DNA of 64,000 bases from Colwellia sp. (GTDB lineage Bacteria; Pseudomonadota; Gammaproteobacteria; Enterobacterales; Alteromonadaceae). The notes beneath the pieces are model-generated. The model was not told the origin of the DNA, did not search any database, and saw only the letters and a program-made list of their open reading frames with translations. The translations under genes and the position numbers were made by a program. Each line of letters begins with the position of its first letter. Position 1 is the first letter of the stretch. The stretch covers positions 26,511 through 90,510 of the forward strand of contig JABSOY010000020.1 in NCBI GenBank assembly GCA_013215385.1, read 5' to 3'. Shown here in pieces: positions 20,515-29,894 of this stretch.

Positions 20515-21492
20515 ATGAAAGCAATGATCATTAAAGAAATCGGGGCGACTGACGTTTTTCAACTTGCAGAAAAAGCAAAACCAGTAGCTAAATCAGGACA
20601 CCTGGTAGTAGCCGTAAAAGCGACCAGTGTTAATCCTCTAGATACTATGCTGCGCTCTATTGAGCTGCCGTGGTCAACAAACTTACCTGAAATACTACAC
20701 GGTGATGTTGCTGGTATTGTTATTGAAGTCGGCACCAACGTTAGCAACTTTAACATTGGCGATGAAGTTTACGGCATGGCTGGCGGTGTCAATGGTGTTG
20801 ATGGTGCTTTAGCTGAATATATGTTGGTTGATGCACGTCTCATGGCTAAAAAGCCAAAAACGCTGACCATGAAACAAGCGGCTGCATTACCATTAGTATC
20901 GATTACCGCTTATGAAGCACTCGTTGAAAAAATGAATGTTAAAGCAGGTGACAATGTTCTTATTCATGGTGCTACAGGCGGTGTTGGTCATATCGCTGTT
21001 CAGTTAGCCAAAATACTTGGTGCCAACGTAACCTCAACCTATTCCCCTGCGAACAAAGCACTGGCAAAAACACTAGGTGCCGATAACTTGGTTGATTACA
21101 CAAGCGAAACAGTGGCAGATTATGTAACTGAATATACCGGTGGTGTAGGTTTTGACAAAGTATTCGACACCATTGCCGGTGACAACATTCAAAAATCATT
21201 TGAAGCGGTTAAGTTTAATGGTCATATATCGACTATTTTACCGATTGAAGACCCATTACAAATTGCGCTAAAAAGTTTGTCATTTCATAGCATTTTGATG
21301 TTAATTCCCTTGTGTCATGGTATTAACCATGAATCACATGGTCGTATCCTTACTGAAATTGCAGCTCTGGTTGATGCAGGCAAGATTAGCCCTATTATTG
21401 ACCAAAGTGATTACTCGATTTGGGACGTTGCCAAAGCGCACGACCACCTTGCTTCAGGTAAAGCGGTTGGTAAAATTACCTTAACGGTATAA
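20515..21492 (+). CDS. NADPH:quinone oxidoreductase (MDR/zinc-type ADH superfamily)
   Basis: 325 aa with the nucleotide-binding motif GATGGVGHIAVQLAK and the C-terminal GKAVGKITL. Confidence 0.85.
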   Translation: MKAMIIKEIGATDVFQLAEKAKPVAKSGHLVVAVKATSVNPLDTMLRSIELPWSTNLPEILHGDVAGIVIEVGTNVSNFNIGDEVYGMAGGVNGVDGALAEYMLVDARLMAKKPKTLTMKQAAALPLVSITAYEALVEKMNVKAGDNVLIHGATGGVGHIAVQLAKILGANVTSTYSPANKALAKTLGADNLVDYTSETVADYVTEYTGGVGFDKVFDTIAGDNIQKSFEAVKFNGHISTILPIEDPLQIALKSLSFHSILMLIPLCHGINHESHGRILTEIAALVDAGKISPIIDQSDYSIWDVAKAHDHLASGKAVGKITLTV

Positions 21493-21512
21493 ATCAAGGC
21501 TTTTCTCTTAAC

Positions 21513-21541
21513 AAAAGTGCTAATAAATTTAGCACTTTTTA
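21513..21541 (+). terminator. rho-independent terminator
   Basis: Stem AAAAGTGCTA (21513-21522) pairs with TAGCACTTTT (21530-21539), followed by Ts. Confidence 0.6.
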
Positions 21542-22187
21542 TACTGATGAATATCTTATCATCAGATCTAATTAGCTCTCTCTTAGCCTTATCTGTGGGG
21601 GCCATAAAAAGTGAGAATCGCTTCACCATGTGAGAAAAAATAACATCATATGTGACTACGCATAATTTTTGAGACTACTAATCACTAAATTAGGTTGGCT
21701 TCTAATGATCACTTATGCCGCATTGCCGACCTAATGTCACCTTGAATTCACCACATTAAATAGTCCGCTTCGCCAACATTGCGATCGTTATCATATAACT
21801 GTTAATGATCAATTCGTGCGCATTCCTGACTTTAGATCTTGCTTCACTAACGGCAGCTGCAAGACTTAAAGCGGTCGTTAGCATCAATGATTGACTAATG
21901 ACAAGCCGACATGATCAGAATAATTTAAAACTCTACAATTGCCACGGAGTAGATTCAGGTTAATTAAGCTTTTAATTTATACATCTAAACGCAATGAGAG
22001 GTCCATCACTTGTTATTATCGAGACCACTCTCTCGGCAATTTACTACTGTCAGAATTTTTTACACTTTCGTGCGTTGATTTTTTTGTGTTTTTATAAGCG
22101 ATTGAATTAATTCATATTATGTAAGCGAGCATCAATTTTGCATGTTGATTAAATACACTCATAAAAACCTGATTGGGAAACAATGAC

Positions 22188-22949
22188 ATGAAAACTATTG
22201 CTAACTACTCTCGCCTATTAGCGGGTATCTTTTTTTTCGGGTGTTTGATGTTGCCCTCACAAGCTAAAGCAAGCCTCATAGTGGAATCAGGCTTCGACCT
22301 CTTCACAACAGTGACACCAGGTACAACGTTTGGCGGTTTCGAGTTCATGGGAGTACCGCTTGGACCGTTTGATTTCGGAACAGGCCCCATTAACGTTGGC
22401 AATACCGATACTATAGTTAAGCGTCTGGAGCAGGCCGATGGTGGCGGAGGAACGAGCGGTTCGGACACTATTGATATCGAAATAGTTGCTTTGCAGCTTA
22501 GGAGTGTTGATATTATCGATTTGGGGGCGGGTCTTAACTATTACTACGCGACCTTATCGACCACTCAGCAGAGTCTTGGCAAAATGACAATTAATTTCGA
22601 TAACATGTTAGGGGGGACATTTGATACCAGCTTCTTCGACGTCTTCTTCGACATCAGGCTTGGGAGTCTCTCAGGTGCGATCGTGGCATCAAATATGATA
22701 AACCTGAACAGCTCTGGCAACCAGTGGGGCCGAAACGCACCTACAGACGCTGTGAAAATACCTGAAATTAACCACATGCTTAATGGAAACAATACAGATC
22801 ATGACTTCTGGTCTATTGGTGTAGTCAACCACGACGGGCCACACCCCGTGATAACGGCCGATGTGCCCGAACCAAGCACCCTCTTGATCTTTGGTCTAGG
22901 GTTGGCAGTTCTTGGTATTAGCCAGCGAAAACGCTCCCAACAGAGCTAG
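22188..22949 (+). CDS. PEP-CTERM sorting-domain protein
   Basis: Signal peptide ...LPSQAKA. The C-terminal VPEPSTLLIFGLGLAVLGISQRKR has the PEP motif, a TM helix and a basic tail. GC is visibly higher than in the neighbouring sequence. Confidence 0.8.
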   Translation: MKTIANYSRLLAGIFFFGCLMLPSQAKASLIVESGFDLFTTVTPGTTFGGFEFMGVPLGPFDFGTGPINVGNTDTIVKRLEQADGGGGTSGSDTIDIEIVALQLRSVDIIDLGAGLNYYYATLSTTQQSLGKMTINFDNMLGGTFDTSFFDVFFDIRLGSLSGAIVASNMINLNSSGNQWGRNAPTDAVKIPEINHMLNGNNTDHDFWSIGVVNHDGPHPVITADVPEPSTLLIFGLGLAVLGISQRKRSQQS

Positions 22950-23612
22950 TTTTTATTCCCCTTCAATCGCCCATAACACCTAAAAGGCGCATAGACATCA
23001 GTGCAGCGGTTCTCTCGCAGGCCGTTTGCTTTAGTTCTTCAAGCCGATGAATCTGTGCTCCAACGTCCTCTGTAAGGTATCACACCTGCTGTTTTCTGTT
23101 TAAAACAATTAATGACTATAGTGGGTACTGGCCTATCCTTAACTTACAAATCTGATAGTTCCGCTTTCGTATCACAGTCACTAAAAAACGCCTTCAAAAT
23201 CTAACTTTGCTAACGACCGGAATGTGCTCATTGTGACTGCTAGATATCTTGATTCGGCTCTTAATTTATGACCGCATACAGCCCTAAAGCTGTCGGTATG
23301 GTACTAAAACCTAACGTCTGCAGTGTGGCAAAAGTGATCGTACAGAGACAACAAGACACCTACGGCTATGAGCTTAGATGGGTCGTAGCTGATGTTGACT
23401 GTTATTTGCTTTTTGTGAATATAAAATTAGTCTTAAAACCGCTCATGTCAAGGTCCGATAAGTCAACTAACTGGTGTTCACTTGACCTCGACAAACACTA
23501 AGTATTTCAAAAGCTACCCATTCCAAGCGCACCTTTCTGATATTATTTAGTGGCTGACGACATAGGAAACGATATTGACCTTATCAGTACCAATAAAACA
23601 AGGATGCGTTTA

Positions 23613-23810
23613 TTAATGCGCTAAGTGTTCAAGCAAATCAGTAAGTGGCGAATACCATTTATAAGGGATAAGTTCTTCGTGCGAGGGTTTAACATCATTA
23701 GGATCCACATTTCCAAGCTTTACATGGCCATTGCTTACTTTCAGTGCTGAAATACTTGTATCGTCACAGATAACAATGGATTGATTATTTTCCCGTCCTT
23801 GAATTAACAT
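23613..23810 (-). CDS. divergent CsrA/RsmA-like RNA-binding protein
   Basis: 65 aa. It aligns without gaps to the E. coli CsrA sequence as I recall it (MLI..R......I.I.DD..I..L.V....VKLG...P..V....EE). An AAGGAC RBS precedes the start. Confidence 0.55.
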   Translation of the reverse strand: MLIQGRENNQSIVICDDTSISALKVSNGHVKLGNVDPNDVKPSHEELIPYKWYSPLTDLLEHLAH

Positions 23811-24234
23811 TATTCGTCCTTATTTTGATTGCGTTATATAAAGATAGTACAAAAAACTTTATATGGACAATTACTCAACAACATTCTAATTAGGGTGTTA
23901 TTTAGAGTAAAAGGACTATATAGCGCACCAAGAAGTCATTAACGCTGACCTATTTACATTGCTCATTAATTACGAGCAAAGGACCACTGTTACCACATTG
24001 CGACATTAGACCTTACATCCGTAAAGACCACTTTGAGCTTTAAAGCAGTCATCACAAATACAATATCCTATTGTGTTTTATTTCAAATATTACATAGAAT
24101 CAGTTTAAGCTTTCCCCCTTAACTAAAAGTTAACATCAACTGGAAATTGTTTCGATATTTTTCTGGTGCGCTCAATTCTATGATGACCACAGATAAACAA
24201 ACAATATGAAAATAAGTCAAACGAGGAAAAACAG

Positions 24235-25098
24235 TTGAATAATGAAATTTTAGTAATTGGTGGTACGGGTCAGGTAGGTAGTCATTTGGTAGATTTGTTG
24301 ATCAACAATGACAGCAACTTTAAGTTATTGGCAAGAAGCCAAGAAAAAAAGGAAAAACTTGCCGAGCAAGGCATAAATTCTGTGATAGGTTCGGTAGGTG
24401 ATGAGGCTGCTCTAAAGTTAGCTCTTGTAGGCATCGAACAAATATTTCTATTAACCAGTAATGCCCCTGAAATGTTTAGCAGTCAAAAGCAATTGATTGA
24501 TCTCGCTATTGAGACTGGAGTAAGAAAAATAGTCCGTCTCTCCGCAGAGCCTGCTGATGCAGATTGCGATATGAGTATGTATAGCGAACATGGAAAAATT
24601 GATAACTACTTGATCCAATCTGACATCGAACATGTGATTTTTCGACCGACTTATTTTCTCCAAAATATAGCGGTAATGCATGGTGGTTTCATTAAAGAAA
24701 ATAATATGTTTGCCCAGTATTTAGGGGAAACAAAAATACCGATGATAGACACCAGAGATATTGCCGAAGCGGCATTTTATACTTTACAGAGCGATCAATT
24801 TAACAATGCCACTTATTACCTGACAGGTCCAAAAACAGTGAGTTTTTCCGACTTTGCTACTGCTTTATCTGACCAGCTCCAGCGTAAAATCAGCTATCAA
24901 AATATTTCATATGCGCAACAGGAGGCTGGGCTTAAAGGCGCAGGAATACCTGACTGGGTCTGCGATACAGTGATGAAGTTATTTAAAAAATGGGCTGAAA
25001 ATGAAGATCATGCTATCACTGATGATTTTGAAAGAATCACAGGTAAAAAAGCCATTGGTATAGAACAATACATTAGTGACCATTTGGCAGCGTTTTAA
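24235..25098 (+). CDS. NmrA-family / atypical SDR NAD(P)-binding oxidoreductase
   Basis: TTG start after a GAGGA RBS. The N-terminal Rossmann motif is VIGGTGQVGSHLV. Length is 287 aa. Confidence 0.8.
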   Translation: MNNEILVIGGTGQVGSHLVDLLINNDSNFKLLARSQEKKEKLAEQGINSVIGSVGDEAALKLALVGIEQIFLLTSNAPEMFSSQKQLIDLAIETGVRKIVRLSAEPADADCDMSMYSEHGKIDNYLIQSDIEHVIFRPTYFLQNIAVMHGGFIKENNMFAQYLGETKIPMIDTRDIAEAAFYTLQSDQFNNATYYLTGPKTVSFSDFATALSDQLQRKISYQNISYAQQEAGLKGAGIPDWVCDTVMKLFKKWAENEDHAITDDFERITGKKAIGIEQYISDHLAAF

Positions 25099-25148
25099 AT
25101 AATTATCACAAAAGTACATTCATGGTCACTAACAAACTGATGGTGTTA

Positions 25149-26048
25149 TCAACTATCAGTTTGTTCTGACATTTCCTGTAAACTTTGCCATAACAATGAA
25201 GCTACAGGACCCAACAATCTATTTTTATTTTTTAATAGACAGTAATTTACCTGTAGAGAGTTATAGCTATCAACTAATGCTAACGGCCTTAATTGTCCCG
25301 ATGCTAATTCTTGTTTGATCAAATGTTCAGGTAAACCACCCCAGCCCATACCACTCAGAATTAGCGTTTTCTTAGTAGCAAAATCATTAACATACCAACA
25401 TCTTTGACCCGTTTGCACGCCAAATAATTGTCCTTTGCTTTGCTTGCCAGAATCTTGGATCACTATTTGATACTCTTTTTCAAGTTGACGAGCTTTAATT
25501 AGCATTTGGTGCCTATTTATTAATTTTGGCGCGGCAACGCTAACCACAGATGCTTGATGAATGTTCAATAAATCATATTTTTGATTAGTACTTGTCTCAT
25601 CGATAACAACAGAAATAGCCAAATCAGCTTGTTCTTTGTCAAGCGCTGCAACAGCACCGCTTATTTGCTCTTGACGAATGATCACCTGAGTATCTGGGTA
25701 TTCATATTGAATTTTTTCTAATACTGGCAAGATAATAGTCAAATCAAAAGTGCTGTTAACGGCTAAGATTATAACGGCTTCATTACCTGCATTAAGGTGC
25801 TTACTAAGATCTTCTATTTCTTGGGCCTTCTGCAATAACATTAAAGCCAGTTGATAGATTTGTTGACCTTGCATTGTTAAGCTCATGCGATAGCCTTCCC
25901 GGTTAAACAGCTCTATACCTAACTGGCTTTCTAGCTGTTTTATACCTTTACTCACAGCGGCTTGAGTCTTAAATAGTGTTTCGCTAGCCGTTTTTAATGT
26001 GCCTAACTCAGCAACAGTTTTTAGCATTTTTAATTGTTCAATTTTCAT
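25149..26048 (-). CDS. LysR family transcriptional regulator
   Basis: I prefer the ATG at 26048 (MKIEQLKMLKTVAELGTLKTASETLFKTQAAVSKGIKQLE). Confidence 0.85.
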   Translation of the reverse strand: MKIEQLKMLKTVAELGTLKTASETLFKTQAAVSKGIKQLESQLGIELFNREGYRMSLTMQGQQIYQLALMLLQKAQEIEDLSKHLNAGNEAVIILAVNSTFDLTIILPVLEKIQYEYPDTQVIIRQEQISGAVAALDKEQADLAISVVIDETSTNQKYDLLNIHQASVVSVAAPKLINRHQMLIKARQLEKEYQIVIQDSGKQSKGQLFGVQTGQRCWYVNDFATKKTLILSGMGWGGLPEHLIKQELASGQLRPLALVDSYNSLQVNYCLLKNKNRLLGPVASLLWQSLQEMSEQTDS

Positions 26049-26226
26049 TTTTTGACTCAACGTTTCAAACGATAAGAACATATTAATAGCTTAGTCAGAG
26101 CTAGTTAACTTAAAGTTGAGTTCAAATTGAATAAATTTCGATTTTTTAAATAATTCGATTGATTAAACTATTCACTAATGAATTTAAGTTTTACAAATAT
26201 CAAGTTGGACCTTTCAGGAGAATAGT

Positions 26227-26952
26227 GTGATAAGAGAATACCCCCTAGCAACACCTCACGGCAAAATCAAAGAGATTTTTGAAGATGTATTTCTTGTAAC
26301 AGGTAGCGTTGTTATGGCACCGGGTATCCAACTCAGCCGTAACATGATTATTATTCGCGAAGACACATCACTTACGTTAATTAGTACTGTAAGGCTAGAC
26401 GATAAAGGATTACAAGCTCTTGAGGCGCTTGGTGATGTAAAACATGTTGTCAAACTTGGCGCTTATCATTTAGGTGATAACAATGGCATTGACGACCCAT
26501 TTTATCTTAATCGCTATAATGCCAAGCTCTGGGCAATGCCAGAGATGAAGCACTCTACAGGTCTTTCAACGACAAATTTTCTTACCGTTGGCGCTGAACT
26601 GCCTTTTAAGGACGCTTTGCTGTTCTCGTATGAAACGTCTAAAAAGCCAGAAGGATTACTGTTAATCAATAGAGCAGGCGGTATTCTTATTTCTGGTGAT
26701 AGCCTGCAGAATTGGCTGGAGCCTGATGAGTATTTTAGCGAAGTTGCAGCAACCGCTATGAAGAAATTTGGTTTTTTCCGCGCCGCAAACATAGGTCCTA
26801 AATGGCTCCGTGCCTGTGAAGCAAAAGCATCGGACTTTTCGCAAGTTTTAGAATTGGAGTTTAGTCATCTTTTACCTTCCCATGGCAGACCAATTATTGC
26901 TACAGCTAAGCAAGAGTTCAGTGCTACCATCAGTGAACTTTTTAAGTTGTAG
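26227..26952 (+). CDS. conserved hypothetical protein (possibly metallo-beta-lactamase-fold/DUF4336-like)
   Basis: GTG start after an AGGAG RBS. Length is 241 aa. I see no catalytic motif I can name, so the family guess is weak. Confidence 0.55.
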   Translation: MIREYPLATPHGKIKEIFEDVFLVTGSVVMAPGIQLSRNMIIIREDTSLTLISTVRLDDKGLQALEALGDVKHVVKLGAYHLGDNNGIDDPFYLNRYNAKLWAMPEMKHSTGLSTTNFLTVGAELPFKDALLFSYETSKKPEGLLLINRAGGILISGDSLQNWLEPDEYFSEVAATAMKKFGFFRAANIGPKWLRACEAKASDFSQVLELEFSHLLPSHGRPIIATAKQEFSATISELFKL

Positions 26953-27045
26953 AATACCGAGGAAAATGGCAGTTAAGCTCAATCGTCGAATTCGATAAAG
27001 CTTTCATTATTTTAAAACTATTTTAAACACAACGAGGAGTGAACA

Positions 27046-27669
27046 ATGCAGTTATATGGAATGGGGTTATCGCGGTCTTTCCGCACTTTATGGGCAGCGG
27101 AAGAAACAGGAGCTAATTACGATTATATCGAACTAGATTTCGGCAGTAGCGGTGACAATGGCCCCCAATCTAAGCATTATAAAAAGCTCAATCCACAGGG
27201 GAAAGTGCCAACATTGGTCGACGGTGAGCTAGTGATCTGCGAAAGTGCCGCCATCTTAAACTATTTAGCTGCCAAGGCACCGCAGCACAATCTTATGCCG
27301 AAAGACGGCACCGCAGATCGAGCAAGATATGATGAAATGTGTTTCTTTATTTTGTCTGAGCTAGAGCAGCCGTTATGGACAACAGGAAAACACAAGTTTG
27401 CCATCCCTGAGCAATACAGGGTGCCAGAAATATTGACCAAAACTACCGCGTTTGAATTTGCCAAAGCCCAGTCCGCTTTGTTGGCTCTTAAAAGTGATCG
27501 TAAATATGCCGTGGGGGAGTATTTTACCATGGCTGACATTTTACTAGCTCAGACATTGGGCTGGGCCCAAAGATTTGAATTTTCAATTGATGACAGCTTG
27601 CTTGAATATAAAGAGCGAATGACTAAGCGGGATGCCTTTGCCCGAGCCATGAAAAAAGCTGGAAAATAA
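27046..27669 (+). CDS. glutathione S-transferase family protein
   Basis: 207 aa. The N-terminal thioredoxin-like region contains KVPTLVDGELVICESAAILNYL, which is the GST G-site pattern. Confidence 0.85.
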   Translation: MQLYGMGLSRSFRTLWAAEETGANYDYIELDFGSSGDNGPQSKHYKKLNPQGKVPTLVDGELVICESAAILNYLAAKAPQHNLMPKDGTADRARYDEMCFFILSELEQPLWTTGKHKFAIPEQYRVPEILTKTTAFEFAKAQSALLALKSDRKYAVGEYFTMADILLAQTLGWAQRFEFSIDDSLLEYKERMTKRDAFARAMKKAGK

Positions 27670-28206
27670 AATATAAACTTGGTAAGAACTACTAAAATTG
27701 ACAACTCTTTGCGCCTAAAAAATGGTAGTCTCGTGGCAAAGGTTGATGTGCTAATAAAAAATCCTTATGACCGCTTCAGAAGAGTTACCGTTAGTGAAAC
27801 AAACGCTAAGGTCAGTAATGCGCACGAAGAAGTCATTATTCTTTAAGAATACTTGTGACGAAATAATCACTGGGGTAATGCTAACTAATGCCACAAAGCG
27901 GTCTGAATTTACGAGTAAAAACAACCCTGTTTTATGTTCACTTTGATACGATAGCTGACGTTTCACTATTTCGTTTTTATGACTTCTTGGTGCGCGAAGC
28001 GGAATTGAGCAACCTATAAGTCTAAACTTCTGCACTTTACTTGATAGCAGTCGTTACAGTTTGGATTTAGAAAGCTGATTTTCAGATTTTCAATCGGCAG
28101 ATCATTTTGTGCCATTATGGAAAATCAAATAGTGATGTAATGAATAATGTTGATGACTTGGAGGTATGACCCTTTCGCTCCAATGTCATAAGAAGAATTT
28201 TTATTT

Positions 28207-29277
28207 TTAAGATTCGATAGATGTATTTTTTCTCTCAAAGTCAATAATCACACGTTTTCGACTTTCTCCCCAACGGTATCCTCCGATAGCACCATCTCCA
28301 CGTATTACACGATGACAAGGGATGACAAGTGCTACGTTGTTGCCAGCACAGGCATTTGCAACTGCTCTGGAAGCTTTAGGTGCTCCAATAGCTTGAGCGA
28401 TTTCACCGTAAGACATGACTTTTCCATAAGGTATACTACGGAGAAAATCCCATACTTTTTTTTGAAATGCAGTTCCTCTTACATCTAGCGGTATATCTAA
28501 ATCTATTGATGTTCCATCTATATATAAGTTAAGTAACTTTAACCAATGACTCAACTGCTCTTCATTTTTTGAGGACATCGGCACTATTTCCGCACATGGA
28601 TATTCTGACACTAGTTGAGCTAATAACTGATGCTCGAATTCTCCAAATTGCAAAAATGATAGCCCTTTATTTGTAGCGGCAATTAAAACAAGACCTAAGT
28701 TAGTGATACCAACAGCATATGAAATCTGAACACCATCACCACCTTCTCGGTATTTTTTTGGCGTCATGCCTAAATGACTATTCATTCGACCATAAATGAC
28801 GGAAGTAGACTCAATACCCGATTCAAAGATAGCATCTGTAACACTACCGGAAGTTCTCAAATTTACCTTTAATGTATTCAACTGAACCTGATCGATATAA
28901 CTCTTTGGTGTGACATCAAGATATTTTTTAAATAACCTATGTAATTGAAATTGAGTCAGCCCAACAGAACTTGCTAATTTCAGCGCGGTTAAGGGCCCTT
29001 CGGTATGCTCCTCGATATTACGGCAAACATGTAAAAGCTTTATTAATCCGGTGTCCTGACTTGCATTGCGTTCAGGTTTGCAGCATTTACAGGCTCGATA
29101 TCCATCATTGTAAGCCAATGAAGCATCCTCAAAATAAACAACATTTTCTCTTAGCGGTGCTTTAGTACTACATGACGGATTACAAAATATTTTTGTTGTT
29201 TTAACACCGTAATAAAATTGAAAGTCGAACGCTGTATCTTGTGCAACTATCGCTTTCCAGTAAACGTCATTAGACAT
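28207..29277 (-). CDS. ada: bifunctional Ada-type regulator / methylated-DNA-protein-cysteine methyltransferase
   Basis: The N-terminal Zn-Cys cluster is CNPSC...CKCCKP. The central part is an AraC-type HTH. The C-terminal active site is PCHRV. I prefer the ATG at 29277. Confidence 0.85.
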   Translation of the reverse strand: MSNDVYWKAIVAQDTAFDFQFYYGVKTTKIFCNPSCSTKAPLRENVVYFEDASLAYNDGYRACKCCKPERNASQDTGLIKLLHVCRNIEEHTEGPLTALKLASSVGLTQFQLHRLFKKYLDVTPKSYIDQVQLNTLKVNLRTSGSVTDAIFESGIESTSVIYGRMNSHLGMTPKKYREGGDGVQISYAVGITNLGLVLIAATNKGLSFLQFGEFEHQLLAQLVSEYPCAEIVPMSSKNEEQLSHWLKLLNLYIDGTSIDLDIPLDVRGTAFQKKVWDFLRSIPYGKVMSYGEIAQAIGAPKASRAVANACAGNNVALVIPCHRVIRGDGAIGGYRWGESRKRVIIDFERKNTSIES

Positions 29278-29396
29278 ATTGATTACCGTTAATTTTGTTG
29301 AAGACTGACATTGTATTTTTAAAATCATTCTATTTCTATCTGATAATTGCGCCTAACTAATATTAGTTAGGCGCAATTATTAAAACCGATTGATAG

Positions 29397-29873
29397 TTAT
29401 TTTCGATCAAGCCTTAAAGCATAACATCCATACGCCGTAAACCTGGCCATAATAAATTTAACCTCGATATGTGCTAAAAACTCACTAATAGTCAGCTCTG
29501 TGTTTATAGGAGAGACTACACGCGCGTCATAGATACCTTCTTCATTATCGTATGCCCTCAAAACTAAGTTATCTCCAAAATAATCATTTTCAGAATTACT
29601 GGCTAAAAGGATTTGATCATAACTAATTGCTTCATCAGATTGATTTGCAAGTACATAAACTGCTCCGTATTCTTTGAAAGGCCCAGGCTTAGAAAAAGGG
29701 CAGTAACTTGCAAGAATTAGCTCTTCACCTGCAACAGCTCTCCTCAATACATCCCGGCAAGGCTCTCCACCCGCGGCAATTAAATGTACTATGGGTTGAT
29801 TTTGATCATCAATGCCAGACTCTCTTACTTTTATTAGAAAATCTTTACGTATTGGGGTTATTTGGTATTTCAT
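29397..29873 (-). CDS. DUF1203 domain protein
   Basis: 158 aa. The pattern AAGGEPCRDVLRRAVAGEELILASYCPF is typical of DUF1203, from memory of the family. Confidence 0.65.
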   Translation of the reverse strand: MKYQITPIRKDFLIKVRESGIDDQNQPIVHLIAAGGEPCRDVLRRAVAGEELILASYCPFSKPGPFKEYGAVYVLANQSDEAISYDQILLASNSENDYFGDNLVLRAYDNEEGIYDARVVSPINTELTISEFLAHIEVKFIMARFTAYGCYALRLDRK

Positions 29874-29894
29874 AATGTCTCCTAAATAAGGTTA

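Noticed and set aside
21411-21629. 72-aa minus-strand ORF overlapping the 3' end and terminator of the quinone oxidoreductase gene.
   Set aside because: It overlaps a confident CDS and its terminator hairpin, and it has no RBS or motif.
23268-23501. 77-aa plus-strand ORF in the spacer downstream of the PEP-CTERM gene.
   Set aside because: It lies over the degenerate AAAGC(G/T)GTC-type repeats (GACCGCATACAGCC, AAAGCTGTCGGTATGG). It has no RBS and its sequence does not look protein-like.
23811-24234. Possible Csr-type sponge sRNA next to the CsrA-like gene, based on AAGGAC motifs at about 23910 and about 23975.
   Set aside because: There are only two or three GGA motifs, they are not clearly in hairpin loops, and I see no promoter/terminator pair. 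The evidence is insufficient.
27751-28035. 94-aa minus-strand ORF between the GST and ada genes.
   Set aside because: It is built from the dispersed repeat elements. It has no RBS or motif and resembles the repeat-derived pseudo-ORFs elsewhere in the window.
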